Notes under the pieces: generated by a model | Seen by the model: the letters and a program-made list of their open reading frames with translations, nothing else | Told to the model about the DNA's origin: nothing | Databases searched by the model: none | Source: Winogradskyella sp. | GTDB taxonomy: Bacteria > Bacteroidota > Bacteroidia > Flavobacteriales > Flavobacteriaceae | Direction of reading: 5' to 3' | Length of the DNA: 64,000 nucleotides | Assembly: GCF_028282165.1 (NCBI RefSeq) | Contig: NZ_JANQIM010000037.1 | Location: forward strand, 33,982 to 97,981 | Shown: piece after piece, positions 25,358-33,054 of the stretch | Position numbering within the stretch: the stretch's first letter is position 1 | Layout of the letters: the number at the start of each line of letters is the position of its first letter | Translations under genes and position numbers: made by a program

Positions 25358-27160
25358 TTATTCTGTAATATAAGTTCCAAAAATTTCTGTCATTTTGTTT
25401 CTCCAATTTTCTGGAATATCTTCCCAACTTTCTCCCCATTTTTGAGTTTGTTCAAAGGCTTTGAAAGGCTTTTCATAGGTTGCTTCATATCCGATTTCAT
25501 CCTCCACATTTTCATACATTTCAACTATCCTTCCATTAGTTCCAACCGCATCTTTAATTGGTTGATTAAATTTTACAGCACCCTCAATTCCATTATCTCT
25601 GTCGTGAACGACTATTGGTTTTATTCCCATAGATGTGAGATATTTTACCAAACCAATAATCGCTGCTTTTCCTCTTGCTTTAAGGACTTCAAAATTTGAT
25701 ATAATTCTCAAATATTTTTCTTTAGGTAATCTTACTAACGATTCTCTAATAAGAATATCTTCTGTATCACCCTCAATTATGATTATATTGTTTGTATAAA
25801 ATGCTCTCGATATATAATCATCAATTTTTAATATCATTTTTACATATGATTTATCATCCTCTTGTAGTTCTAAAAAGGCATCGGATACTGAAAATGTGCT
25901 ACATCTAACAGACTTTTTATTTCTTATCAGTCGATTTAATACTTGTTTTGGTTTTCTTGAAATATCAATCAAATATGGTGAATGGGTTGATGCAACAATT
26001 TGAGAATTTGAACTACTCAATTCGTAAATTGTATCTCTCATTTGATTAGCTGCACTTGGATGTAAATAAATTTCTGGTTCTTCAAAGCTAATTATTAAAG
26101 AACGATTATGTTCATCTTCTTTATCTGAAAGCCATTTTTGTCTAAATCGTAACATACCAAAAACAGCAGCTCTAACCATTCCTGTTCCTTGATTTTCTAC
26201 TGAAGTTTTTATATTGCTAGACATTTCAATATTAAAACTTGGTTTTAGTGCTTTATTTGGATCACTTAAATCAGTGGTAGCGTGTAATTGAGACTCTGGA
26301 AAAATTCTAGTCAAGACTAAATTTAATTCCGTCATCATTTTCCCAAACTCCGATGTAACATCCTCAGGGTCTAATTCTTTAGAAAGCTTCTCTAAATACT
26401 CTTGAGCATTTTTAAAATTATCAGAATTTTCCCTTACTATTTGAAAAAGTTCGTTCAAGGTTTTACCTAAAACACCTGATGTTCCACCTTGGATTTCGTT
26501 TATTGAAGTATCAACAGGTATCAATAAAAATCTTGGTAGCATTTTAAGAACATTTCCAGGAATACCACCAGGATTTTGAAACCAAGTATCTTCTTCTATA
26601 ATATCCCAAATTTCATCAAGTTGCTCAAGTTTTTCTAGCGCTGCTTTACTTTTTCCAATATTTTTATCTAGTTCTGGAAAGTAATCAGAAATGATTTCTT
26701 CTTGAATTCCTTTGTTTATATAATCTTGTGGTTTTTTACAATCTTTAAAATCAGCTTTTATATTACGTATTTTAGATTTAAACTCTATTACCACATCTTT
26801 TCCTAATTCATACGTTTTTCTATAAGTAACTGAAAGTCCAGTTTCCGTATCACTATCATACTCAAAAATACGTCCTTTAAACCCTCTCCAAGTCTTTGAC
26901 TCCTCAGGTAAGTTTCTAAACTCGCCTTCAAGAACTACTTTAGTGGTCTGTGGTTTAGTTTCTCCAGTTTCTTCGTCAACAACCGAATAGTAATCTGAAC
27001 TTGGTAGTGTTTTTGTTGCGGAAAGTAAAACACCGATAGCTTTCAGTATTGAGCTTTTTCCAGAATTATTTTGTCCAATTAAAAATGTGGCGTCTTCAAG
27101 ATAAATTTCAATATCCTCAAGTCGCTTAAATCCATTTATTTTTAATCTATGTAGTTTCAT
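25358..27160 (-). CDS. OLD-family nuclease (ABC-type ATPase + C-terminal Toprim domain)
   Basis: 600 aa. The N-terminus is MKLHRLKINGFKRLEDIEI...IGQNNSGKSSIL (Walker A). Walker B/D-loop is LIISFEEPEIYLHP, and the H-loop is ASTHSP. The Toprim domain has IIIIEGDTEDIL (Glu) and VVHDRDNG (DxD). Confidence 0.8.
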   Translation of the reverse strand: MKLHRLKINGFKRLEDIEIYLEDATFLIGQNNSGKSSILKAIGVLLSATKTLPSSDYYSVVDEETGETKPQTTKVVLEGEFRNLPEESKTWRGFKGRIFEYDSDTETGLSVTYRKTYELGKDVVIEFKSKIRNIKADFKDCKKPQDYINKGIQEEIISDYFPELDKNIGKSKAALEKLEQLDEIWDIIEEDTWFQNPGGIPGNVLKMLPRFLLIPVDTSINEIQGGTSGVLGKTLNELFQIVRENSDNFKNAQEYLEKLSKELDPEDVTSEFGKMMTELNLVLTRIFPESQLHATTDLSDPNKALKPSFNIEMSSNIKTSVENQGTGMVRAAVFGMLRFRQKWLSDKEDEHNRSLIISFEEPEIYLHPSAANQMRDTIYELSSSNSQIVASTHSPYLIDISRKPKQVLNRLIRNKKSVRCSTFSVSDAFLELQEDDKSYVKMILKIDDYISRAFYTNNIIIIEGDTEDILIRESLVRLPKEKYLRIISNFEVLKARGKAAIIGLVKYLTSMGIKPIVVHDRDNGIEGAVKFNQPIKDAVGTNGRIVEMYENVEDEIGYEATYEKPFKAFEQTQKWGESWEDIPENWRNKMTEIFGTYITE

Positions 27161-27169
27161 ACTTATTGT

Positions 27170-27281
27170 CTCTAACGGTGAAGTATAACTATCAGTTTTC
27201 GGTTTAGTACTGACTTTAGTAATTCCGAGTGGGTTCGGACGTAGACGAATGCACCGTAACTGCAGTTATACATTGTTGTGC
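27170..27281 (-). repeat. attC-like site C
   Basis: Plus strand reads ctctaac|ggtgaa|gtataact...agttatac|att|gttgtgc, with perfect 8-bp arms. It overlaps the stop codon of the upstream cassette ORF. Confidence 0.6.
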
Positions 27282-28231
27282 GTAGTTTTTTTATCCAAAT
27301 AATATACAATTCCTTGTCTTGGAAGAATTCCGCCTTCAGCTTCATAAATGCTTCTATCATCATCTTTTACTTTTAGTTCTAAGCTTGGAGAAAGCATGCT
27401 AAAAATTTCAAAATTGTATTCAGGTGGATAGGTTGCGATAATCTTCAAATTAATTACAGGAAGCCAAGTAAAAAACTCATCTTGTAGTCTTTTAGAATGT
27501 TCTATTTTGTAAATAATAGTGTAGTCCACATAGTTGTTTGGCGGGATTTCCAAGTCATAATGAATTTTATGCATTTTATCATCAATTTTTTCAATTTCGA
27601 CACCTTTATTTTCCTCAGGCTTGTTATTTTTTTCATAATAAACAGTCTGTTTACCTTTGATTGAACAAATCACTTTTTCAATTGATGTGTCACTTGGATT
27701 GTGATTTGCTATTACTGCGGAAATAGGATTCTTTATAATTTGGTTTGTATTATTGTAAGACTTCATAATTGAAGTTAATCTACAAGTAATATTTTCATTA
27801 TCGTCAACACTAAAGTCTAAAATCCATTCAGCATCTTTTCTAATAATTTCCGCATTAATTATTTCGTCTTTTACTGTTTGAAACAACTCTTTTGGAATTA
27901 TTTTTTGGAATAAAGCATTATGTATGTCTTTGTAGAGATTATCTTTTAATGATTCCAATTCTGCTTTTTTGGACTTAAGTTGTTCTTCTTTTAATTTTGA
28001 AGATATGAATGTTGATATAAAAATTGCGAATGCTAATGAAAAAGATAGATAAACGCCTATATCATAGAACCTCTTCAAAATAGGTTTGTCAATTATCAAC
28101 GAATTCTCTTTAATTCCATCAGAATTCAAATAAGATATTTCTTTGTAAACGAGACTTTGGTTGGAAGATAAAACTTCCAAAAAGATTCCTGTTATTATTA
28201 AGACTATGATTATTAAGACTATTCTTTTCAT
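27266..28231 (-). CDS. 2-TM + coiled-coil + beta-rich C-domain protein, unknown function (cassette-borne)
   Basis: The track ORF starts at a GTG at 28252, inside the attC-like box; the ATG at 28231 (MKRIVLIIIVLIITGIF...) is more likely. It has a second TM segment (IGVYLSFSLAFAIFISTFI), then a KLKEEQLKSKKAELESLKDNL coiled coil. Confidence 0.55.
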   Translation of the reverse strand: MKRIVLIIIVLIITGIFLEVLSSNQSLVYKEISYLNSDGIKENSLIIDKPILKRFYDIGVYLSFSLAFAIFISTFISSKLKEEQLKSKKAELESLKDNLYKDIHNALFQKIIPKELFQTVKDEIINAEIIRKDAEWILDFSVDDNENITCRLTSIMKSYNNTNQIIKNPISAVIANHNPSDTSIEKVICSIKGKQTVYYEKNNKPEENKGVEIEKIDDKMHKIHYDLEIPPNNYVDYTIIYKIEHSKRLQDEFFTWLPVINLKIIATYPPEYNFEIFSMLSPSLELKVKDDDRSIYEAEGGILPRQGIVYYLDKKTTHNNV

Positions 28232-28248
28232 TTCGTTTGTCAAATTAC

Positions 28249-28345
28249 GCACAACGGTCTTGGCTATGAGTAGTTGTGTAGGTGATCACGTAATTTCGCA
28301 AGTAGCACCCAAGTTGTAGCAATTACTTATAGCCATTGTTGGTCT
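28249..28345 (-). repeat. attC-like site D
   Basis: Plus strand reads gcacaac|ggtctt|ggctatgag...cttatagcc|att|gttggtc. The box gcacaac is the exact reverse complement of the right box of site C (gttgtgc). Confidence 0.6.
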
Positions 28346-28356
28346 TTCGTTATTTA

Positions 28357-28824
28357 TTAACTAGCGCATCCAGCAGAACAAGAGTTTTCACTACAAGAAG
28401 ATGGAATACAAGTTTTACATCCACAAGTCCCGCAACTACTAGTCCAGCTACTTCCATCAGGTTTTGTTCCTGAACAGGAAGTTTTACAACAAGCTTTTGC
28501 AGAAGCATCTTCTCCTTTGACGCCAACTTTCATAGTAGACATTTTAACTTCAATGATTTCAGTTCCAATTTTTAAAGGAATTCTGAATCTAGGTTGGTCA
28601 ATGAATAATTGTTTAGACTTCTCTTCAGTAGTCCACTCGTAGATTTCTCCCGCAATATCATCTTTTTTTATCAAGTAATAATGTTTCTTGTCCGTTTCGG
28701 CTGGATATAATCTAAAATAGTCTTCGTTTGAATCTGACGAGATAAAACCATCTACTTTAAAGATGTCTAATTCATTGTCCATTTCTCTAAATGACTTTGT
28801 TTCAAGAATTTCATTAATTTCCAT
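28357..28824 (-). CDS. hypothetical protein with a C-terminal Cys/Ser/Thr/Gly-rich tail (10 Cys in the last 44 aa)
   Basis: 155 aa with an acidic ~110-aa N-domain and no signal peptide. The tail is ACCKTSCSGTKPDGSSWTSSCGTCGCKTCIPSSCSENSCSAGCAS. Confidence 0.55.
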   Translation of the reverse strand: MEINEILETKSFREMDNELDIFKVDGFISSDSNEDYFRLYPAETDKKHYYLIKKDDIAGEIYEWTTEEKSKQLFIDQPRFRIPLKIGTEIIEVKMSTMKVGVKGEDASAKACCKTSCSGTKPDGSSWTSSCGTCGCKTCIPSSCSENSCSAGCAS

Positions 28825-28874
28825 TTTGGTTGATTTTAAAGATTAATATTCATGATTTTGTAGTTTATAATGAA

Positions 28875-28936
28875 CGTCAACTCGTAAATATATCTGTATT
28901 TTGATGCCAGATTTACAACCCAGATATAAGTTCAAA
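28875..28936 (-). repeat. possible degenerate attC-like site E / array end
   Basis: cgtcaac|tcgtaa|atatatctg...cagatata|a|gttcaaa. The spacing deviates from the other sites, and its box matches the prediction from site D (gaccaac) at only 4/7 positions. Confidence 0.25.
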
Positions 28937-29052
28937 ACCCTTATATCTACAAAGGAATTTACAAATAGTGGTTATGCATTTTACTAAATACACTAACTCA
29001 ACTTATACATATTACAAGTTGTAGCTAAGTTAGCTTCTTGAAATACCAAAGT

Positions 29053-29076
29053 CAATACGTAGAACTACGTATTTTT
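29053..29076. repeat. conserved palindrome-containing motif caaTACGTAGAACTACGTAttttt, copy 2 of 2
   Basis: 19 nt are identical to 1318-1336. It lies about 200 nt upstream of fumC, between the cassette array and the core genes. Confidence 0.6.
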
Positions 29077-29238
29077 ACATGTACTAACCCTAGATCCCGT
29101 TTTTTGAGCGGGATACGCCTACCTGTCAGCATAGACAGGTTTAACTTACTATGTTAATTGCGTTGACATGCAACTTTTTTAAAATAGGGTTTCACTCATT
29201 ATTATGACATTCTTCAGCTTTTAAACGTTCTAAATCTG

Positions 29239-29246
29239 TAATTTTG
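29239..29246 (+). promoter_or_regulatory. candidate -7 element TAATTTTG for fumC
   Basis: Exact TAnnTTTG match, ending 24 nt before the ATG at 29271. Confidence 0.45.
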
Positions 29247-29270
29247 TAGTTCCTTAAAAACATACACATC

Positions 29271-30668
29271 ATGTCATACAGAATAGAAAAAGATACTATG
29301 GGCGAGGTGAAAGTCCCTGCCGATAAACTTTGGGGCGCACAAACCGAGCGTTCGCGTAATAATTTTAAAATCGGAGCACCAGCTTCCATGCCTTTAGAGG
29401 TGGTTTACGGCTTTGCCTACCTTAAAAAAGCAGCCGCTTATACCAATTGCGATTTAGGCGTTTTAGATAAAGACAAACGCGATCTCATCGCCCAAGTCTG
29501 TGATGAAATTTTGGAGGGTCAGCACGACAATCAATTCCCCTTGGTGATTTGGCAAACCGGTTCTGGGACGCAAAGCAATATGAACGTCAATGAAGTCATT
29601 GCCAATAGAGCGCATCAAATGGCTGGTAAGGTGATTGGTGAAGGTGATAAAACGATTCAGCCAAATGATGATGTCAACAAATCCCAATCATCTAACGACA
29701 CCTTTCCTACTGGGATGCATATCGCCGCCTACAAAAAAGTGGTAGAAACGACCATTCCAGGTGTGATACAATTAAGAAATACATTGCATAAAAAATCTTT
29801 GGAATTTAAGGATTGTGTAAAGATAGGGCGTACGCACCTTATGGATGCTACACCTTTAACCTTAGGTCAGGAGTTTTCGGGTTATGTATCACAATTAGAT
29901 CACGGTCTTAAAGCCTTGGAAAATACCTTGTCGCATTTAAGCGAACTGGCTCTAGGTGGCACGGCTGTGGGTACAGGACTCAACACGCCTGCTGGTTACG
30001 ATGTTTTGGTCGCCAAATACATTGCCGATTTTACGGGCTTGCCTTTTGTGACTGCAGAAAACAAATTCGAAGCCTTAGCCGCCCATGATGCGATAGTAGA
30101 AACCCATGGTGCTTTAAAACAATTAGCTGTATCCTTAAACAAAATAGCCAATGACATTAGAATGATGGCCTCTGGACCGCGTTCTGGTATTGGTGAAATT
30201 ATTATTCCTGCCAACGAGCCAGGAAGCTCCATTATGCCAGGAAAAGTGAATCCGACCCAATGTGAAGCCTTGACTATGGTTTGCGCCCAAGTGATGGGTA
30301 ACGATGTTGCCATCAGTATTGGTGGTACCCAAGGGCACTATGAGCTTAATGTCTTTAAACCCGTAATGGCCGCTAATATTCTGCAATCCGCCCAACTGCT
30401 TGGTGATGCTTGTGTAAGCTTTGAGGAAAACTGTGCAATAGGTATTGAACCTAACCATGCGGTGATTAAGCAATTACTTAATAACTCATTGATGTTAGTT
30501 ACCGCATTAAATACTAAAATCGGCTATTATAAAGCCGCTGAAATCGCCAATACAGCCCATAAAAATGGTACGACTTTAAAAGAAGAAGCCATTAATTTGG
30601 GTTATGTGACGGCAGAGGAATATGACGAATGGGTAAAACCAGAGGATATGGTAGGCAGTCTAAAATAA
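29271..30668 (+). CDS. fumC: class II fumarate hydratase
   Basis: 465 aa with [28 protein letters not shown], the [16 protein letters not shown] signature, and a length typical of FumC. Confidence 0.95.
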   Translation: MSYRIEKDTMGEVKVPADKLWGAQTERSRNNFKIGAPASMPLEVVYGFAYLKKAAAYTNCDLGVLDKDKRDLIAQVCDEILEGQHDNQFPLVIWQTGSGTQSNMNVNEVIANRAHQMAGKVIGEGDKTIQPNDDVNKSQSSNDTFPTGMHIAAYKKVVETTIPGVIQLRNTLHKKSLEFKDCVKIGRTHLMDATPLTLGQEFSGYVSQLDHGLKALENTLSHLSELALGGTAVGTGLNTPAGYDVLVAKYIADFTGLPFVTAENKFEALAAHDAIVETHGALKQLAVSLNKIANDIRMMASGPRSGIGEIIIPANEPGSSIMPGKVNPTQCEALTMVCAQVMGNDVAISIGGTQGHYELNVFKPVMAANILQSAQLLGDACVSFEENCAIGIEPNHAVIKQLLNNSLMLVTALNTKIGYYKAAEIANTAHKNGTTLKEEAINLGYVTAEEYDEWVKPEDMVGSLK

Positions 30669-30687
30669 TCATATCATCATGAAGATT

Positions 30688-30722
30688 AAAAACGTTGCGC
30701 TTCCGAGGGTAACGTTTTTTTT
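30688..30722 (+). terminator. possible terminator after fumC
   Basis: aaaaacgtt ... aacgttttt stem (AT-rich, 14-nt loop) followed by a T-run. Confidence 0.4.
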
Positions 30723-30761
30723 ATTGAAAAAAAATCGACAACTTTACAAAAAGCCATCCCT

Positions 30762-32030
30762 ATGTCTATACTCATCACAAATATTAAGCAACTCCTTCAG
30801 GTACATGATCATAATGTCTTAATCCTTAAGGGTAAAGAGATGAAGACCCTTTCTATACTTGAAAATGCGTATCTGTATATAGAGCACGATACCATTATAG
30901 AATATGGTGATATGAAGTATTGTGAAGGTATTGAAGCTGAAACTATTGTGGATGCTACTGGTAAAATTGTACTGCCTTCATGGTGCGATTCGCATACACA
31001 TATCGTTTATGCTGGAAATAGAACTTCGGAGTTTGTCGATCGGATTAATGGCTTGAGTTATGCCGAAATTGCGGAACGTGGTGGTGGTATTTTGAATTCT
31101 GCTAAAGTGCTTCAAGAGACCTCAGAAGATGATTTATATGAGCAATCCATAAATCGACTCGAAGAACTCATTAAAATGGGAACAGGCTCCTTTGAGATTA
31201 AAACCGGTTATGGCCTTACCGTCGATGCCGAACTTAAAATGCTTCGTGTCATTAAGCGCATTAAACAGGAAAGCTTGGCAAAAATCACACCTACCCTTTT
31301 GGCTGCCCATGCTATTCCTGAAGATTTTCGTGATAAAAAAAGTGAGTATATCAAACTTATTACTGAAGAACTCATCCCTAAAGCTGCTAAACTGAATATC
31401 GCCCATCATATCGATGTGTTTTGCGAAGATGGCTATTTTGATCTAGATGATACGGAAGCCATTTTAAAAGCTGGCCAAAAGCATAAATTCATACCAAAAA
31501 TTCATGTGAATCAATTCAATATTCTCGGTGGTGTTGCTTTGGGTGTAAAATACAAGGCTTTATCTGTAGATCATTTAGAAGAATTGAATACTGATGACGT
31601 AAAAGCCCTAAAAGGAAGCGATACTATGCCAGTAGCTTTACCAGGTTGCTCTTTCTTTTTGGGTATTCCATACACACCTGTGAGGCAACTTATCGACGCT
31701 GGCTTACCGGTTGCCATTGCAACGGATTATAATCCCGGTTCGGCACCAAGTGGCAATATGAATTTTGTGGTAAGTGCTGCTTGTGTAAAGTTAAAAATGA
31801 CTCCAGAAGAAGCCATTAATGCAGCGACGATTAATGGTGCATATGCTATGGGCATAAGCAATATGTACGGTAGTATTACGAGAGGAAAAAAGGCAAACGT
31901 CATCATTACAAAACCATTGAATCACTACAGCGAAATTCCTTATGCTTTTGCACATAATCCTGTAGAACAAGTAGTAATCAATGGTCAACTTAAGGATATA
32001 AAAAATCCGGAAGAAAACTTCCGGATTTAG
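30762..32030 (+). CDS. hutI: imidazolonepropionase
   Basis: 422 aa amidohydrolase with CDSHTHIVYAG (HxH), an ATDYNPGS-containing C-terminal part, and a length typical of HutI. Confidence 0.85.
   Translation: MSILITNIKQLLQVHDHNVLILKGKEMKTLSILENAYLYIEHDTIIEYGDMKYCEGIEAETIVDATGKIVLPSWCDSHTHIVYAGNRTSEFVDRINGLSYAEIAERGGGILNSAKVLQETSEDDLYEQSINRLEELIKMGTGSFEIKTGYGLTVDAELKMLRVIKRIKQESLAKITPTLLAAHAIPEDFRDKKSEYIKLITEELIPKAAKLNIAHHIDVFCEDGYFDLDDTEAILKAGQKHKFIPKIHVNQFNILGGVALGVKYKALSVDHLEELNTDDVKALKGSDTMPVALPGCSFFLGIPYTPVRQLIDAGLPVAIATDYNPGSAPSGNMNFVVSAACVKLKMTPEEAINAATINGAYAMGISNMYGSITRGKKANVIITKPLNHYSEIPYAFAHNPVEQVVINGQLKDIKNPEENFRI
32004..32027. terminator. strong hairpin overlapping the hutI stop; likely terminator for the convergent minus-strand gene
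   Basis: aatccggaag-aaaa-cttccggatt (10-bp stem). A T-run follows on the minus strand only. Confidence 0.5.
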
Positions 32031-32056
32031 CTATCAATCAGTCAAACGAATATTTC

Positions 32057-32944
32057 TTATTTCAGAATAAACTCTGAAGAAGAAATCAATTCTTTGTCAT
32101 TAAATACGCTTATTTGGTATCGCCCTTTTTCAAATTTAGAATCATTAGATTGTGAAATATATTCACATATGTTAAGGTTTCTATTCTCATAATTGAATCG
32201 GCTTATTAAACTGTAGTTCAACACCTGATCTTCAAATTGAATTTGATTATTTGTACCTAAAACATTATTATTAGGGTCAATTACCTGTACATATAACTCT
32301 TTATCACCTGCTTCTGTCAGTGTATTTTTAGCCACGGTGAAACAGATCTTAATCTTATCACTTCTACGTGCACGTTCTGTTGGTATTTGCTTACCACTGC
32401 TTCTCTCAATGACTCCCATACCTACTAGCCCAACAGTTTGTAATGCAGATGCATCCTCAACTACATTCGCCAATTCTGTATTCTGTACCAATAAGGAATC
32501 TGTAAAAACCGTACGTTCTGCCAACTGAACTTGAGTGCTGTCTAAAGATGTTGCCAAATATTGGTTTTCCACTTTTAAACGATCATTCTCTTCTAATAAT
32601 TCGTCCATTTCTTCCTGTAAGGCCAAGAATTTTTTCTTGTATCTAAACAGACTATTGACACTATTTTGGGATATCTTCAAAGAATCCATTAAACCTTGTA
32701 TACGGTCTCTAGCAGCAATTAAATCCTGATCTTTAACTTCGCTATCTGCAATAGCTTGGTCATATTGTTTTGCCATATTGTTGAGATCATTCATCACTTG
32801 TTGTTTTTCAGAAATGAGCTCCTTTTCTTGTTCTTTACTATCAGAGTACAATTTTGACGCATAAAACGCAGTTCCTAAAAACAGTATTAAAAGTATACCT
32901 AATCCTACTTTAAGTCCTATGCTAGATTTTTGTGAACTTTCCAT
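32057..32944 (-). CDS. membrane-anchored coiled-coil protein, unknown function
   Basis: 295 aa with an N-terminal TM segment (IGLKVGLGILLILFLGTAFYA), about 130 aa of coiled coil, and a beta-rich C-terminus. Confidence 0.6.
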   Translation of the reverse strand: MESSQKSSIGLKVGLGILLILFLGTAFYASKLYSDSKEQEKELISEKQQVMNDLNNMAKQYDQAIADSEVKDQDLIAARDRIQGLMDSLKISQNSVNSLFRYKKKFLALQEEMDELLEENDRLKVENQYLATSLDSTQVQLAERTVFTDSLLVQNTELANVVEDASALQTVGLVGMGVIERSSGKQIPTERARRSDKIKICFTVAKNTLTEAGDKELYVQVIDPNNNVLGTNNQIQFEDQVLNYSLISRFNYENRNLNICEYISQSNDSKFEKGRYQISVFNDKELISSSEFILK

Positions 32945-33054
32945 AAATTTTAGTGTTTAAGTTATTGTTTGTTGTCGTTTTTAAATTAAACTAAAATGCT
33001 TTAATTATTTAAATAAAGCTGTATTTTTATTTTAAATCTTTATCAAATATCCAA

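Larger units (their letters stand above)
23440..28936 (-). mobile_element. integron-like gene-cassette array without integrase in the window (CALIN-like): 5 single-gene cassettes separated by attC-like sites
   Basis: See the attC-like features A-D and half-site F. The outer boxes co-vary across each gene at 6/7, 6/7, 6/7 and 7/7 positions. The array lies between core genes (a serine hydrolase and fumC). Confidence 0.6.

Noticed and set aside
27172-27363. 63-aa minus-strand ORF spanning attC-like site C
   Set aside because: It reads through the inverted-repeat site and overlaps the 3' end of the 321-aa gene in another frame, so it is most likely an artefact.
25358-28252. Classifying the OLD gene as Gabija (GajA/GajB) or PARIS (AriA/AriB)
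   Set aside because: No UvrD-like helicase or separate Toprim/DUF4435 partner is adjacent. The Toprim domain is fused, and attC-like sites separate the gene from its neighbours.
28357-28824. Calling the Cys-rich protein a lanthipeptide/RiPP precursor with a biosynthetic cluster
   Set aside because: No LanB/C/M, YcaO, radical-SAM, protease or transporter genes occur in the window. Only the composition of the tail is suggestive, so it is kept as a hypothesis.
23440-28936. CRISPR array as an explanation for the regularly recurring intergenic repeats
   Set aside because: The repeats are 78-154-nt imperfect palindromes spaced 0.6-1.9 kb apart, with full-length genes between them. There are no short direct repeats with 30-40-nt spacers.
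28825-29270. A tRNA or tmRNA gene as the integration target at the island borders
   Set aside because: I could not recognise a cloverleaf-compatible sequence (acceptor/T-arm GTTCRANYC) at either border.
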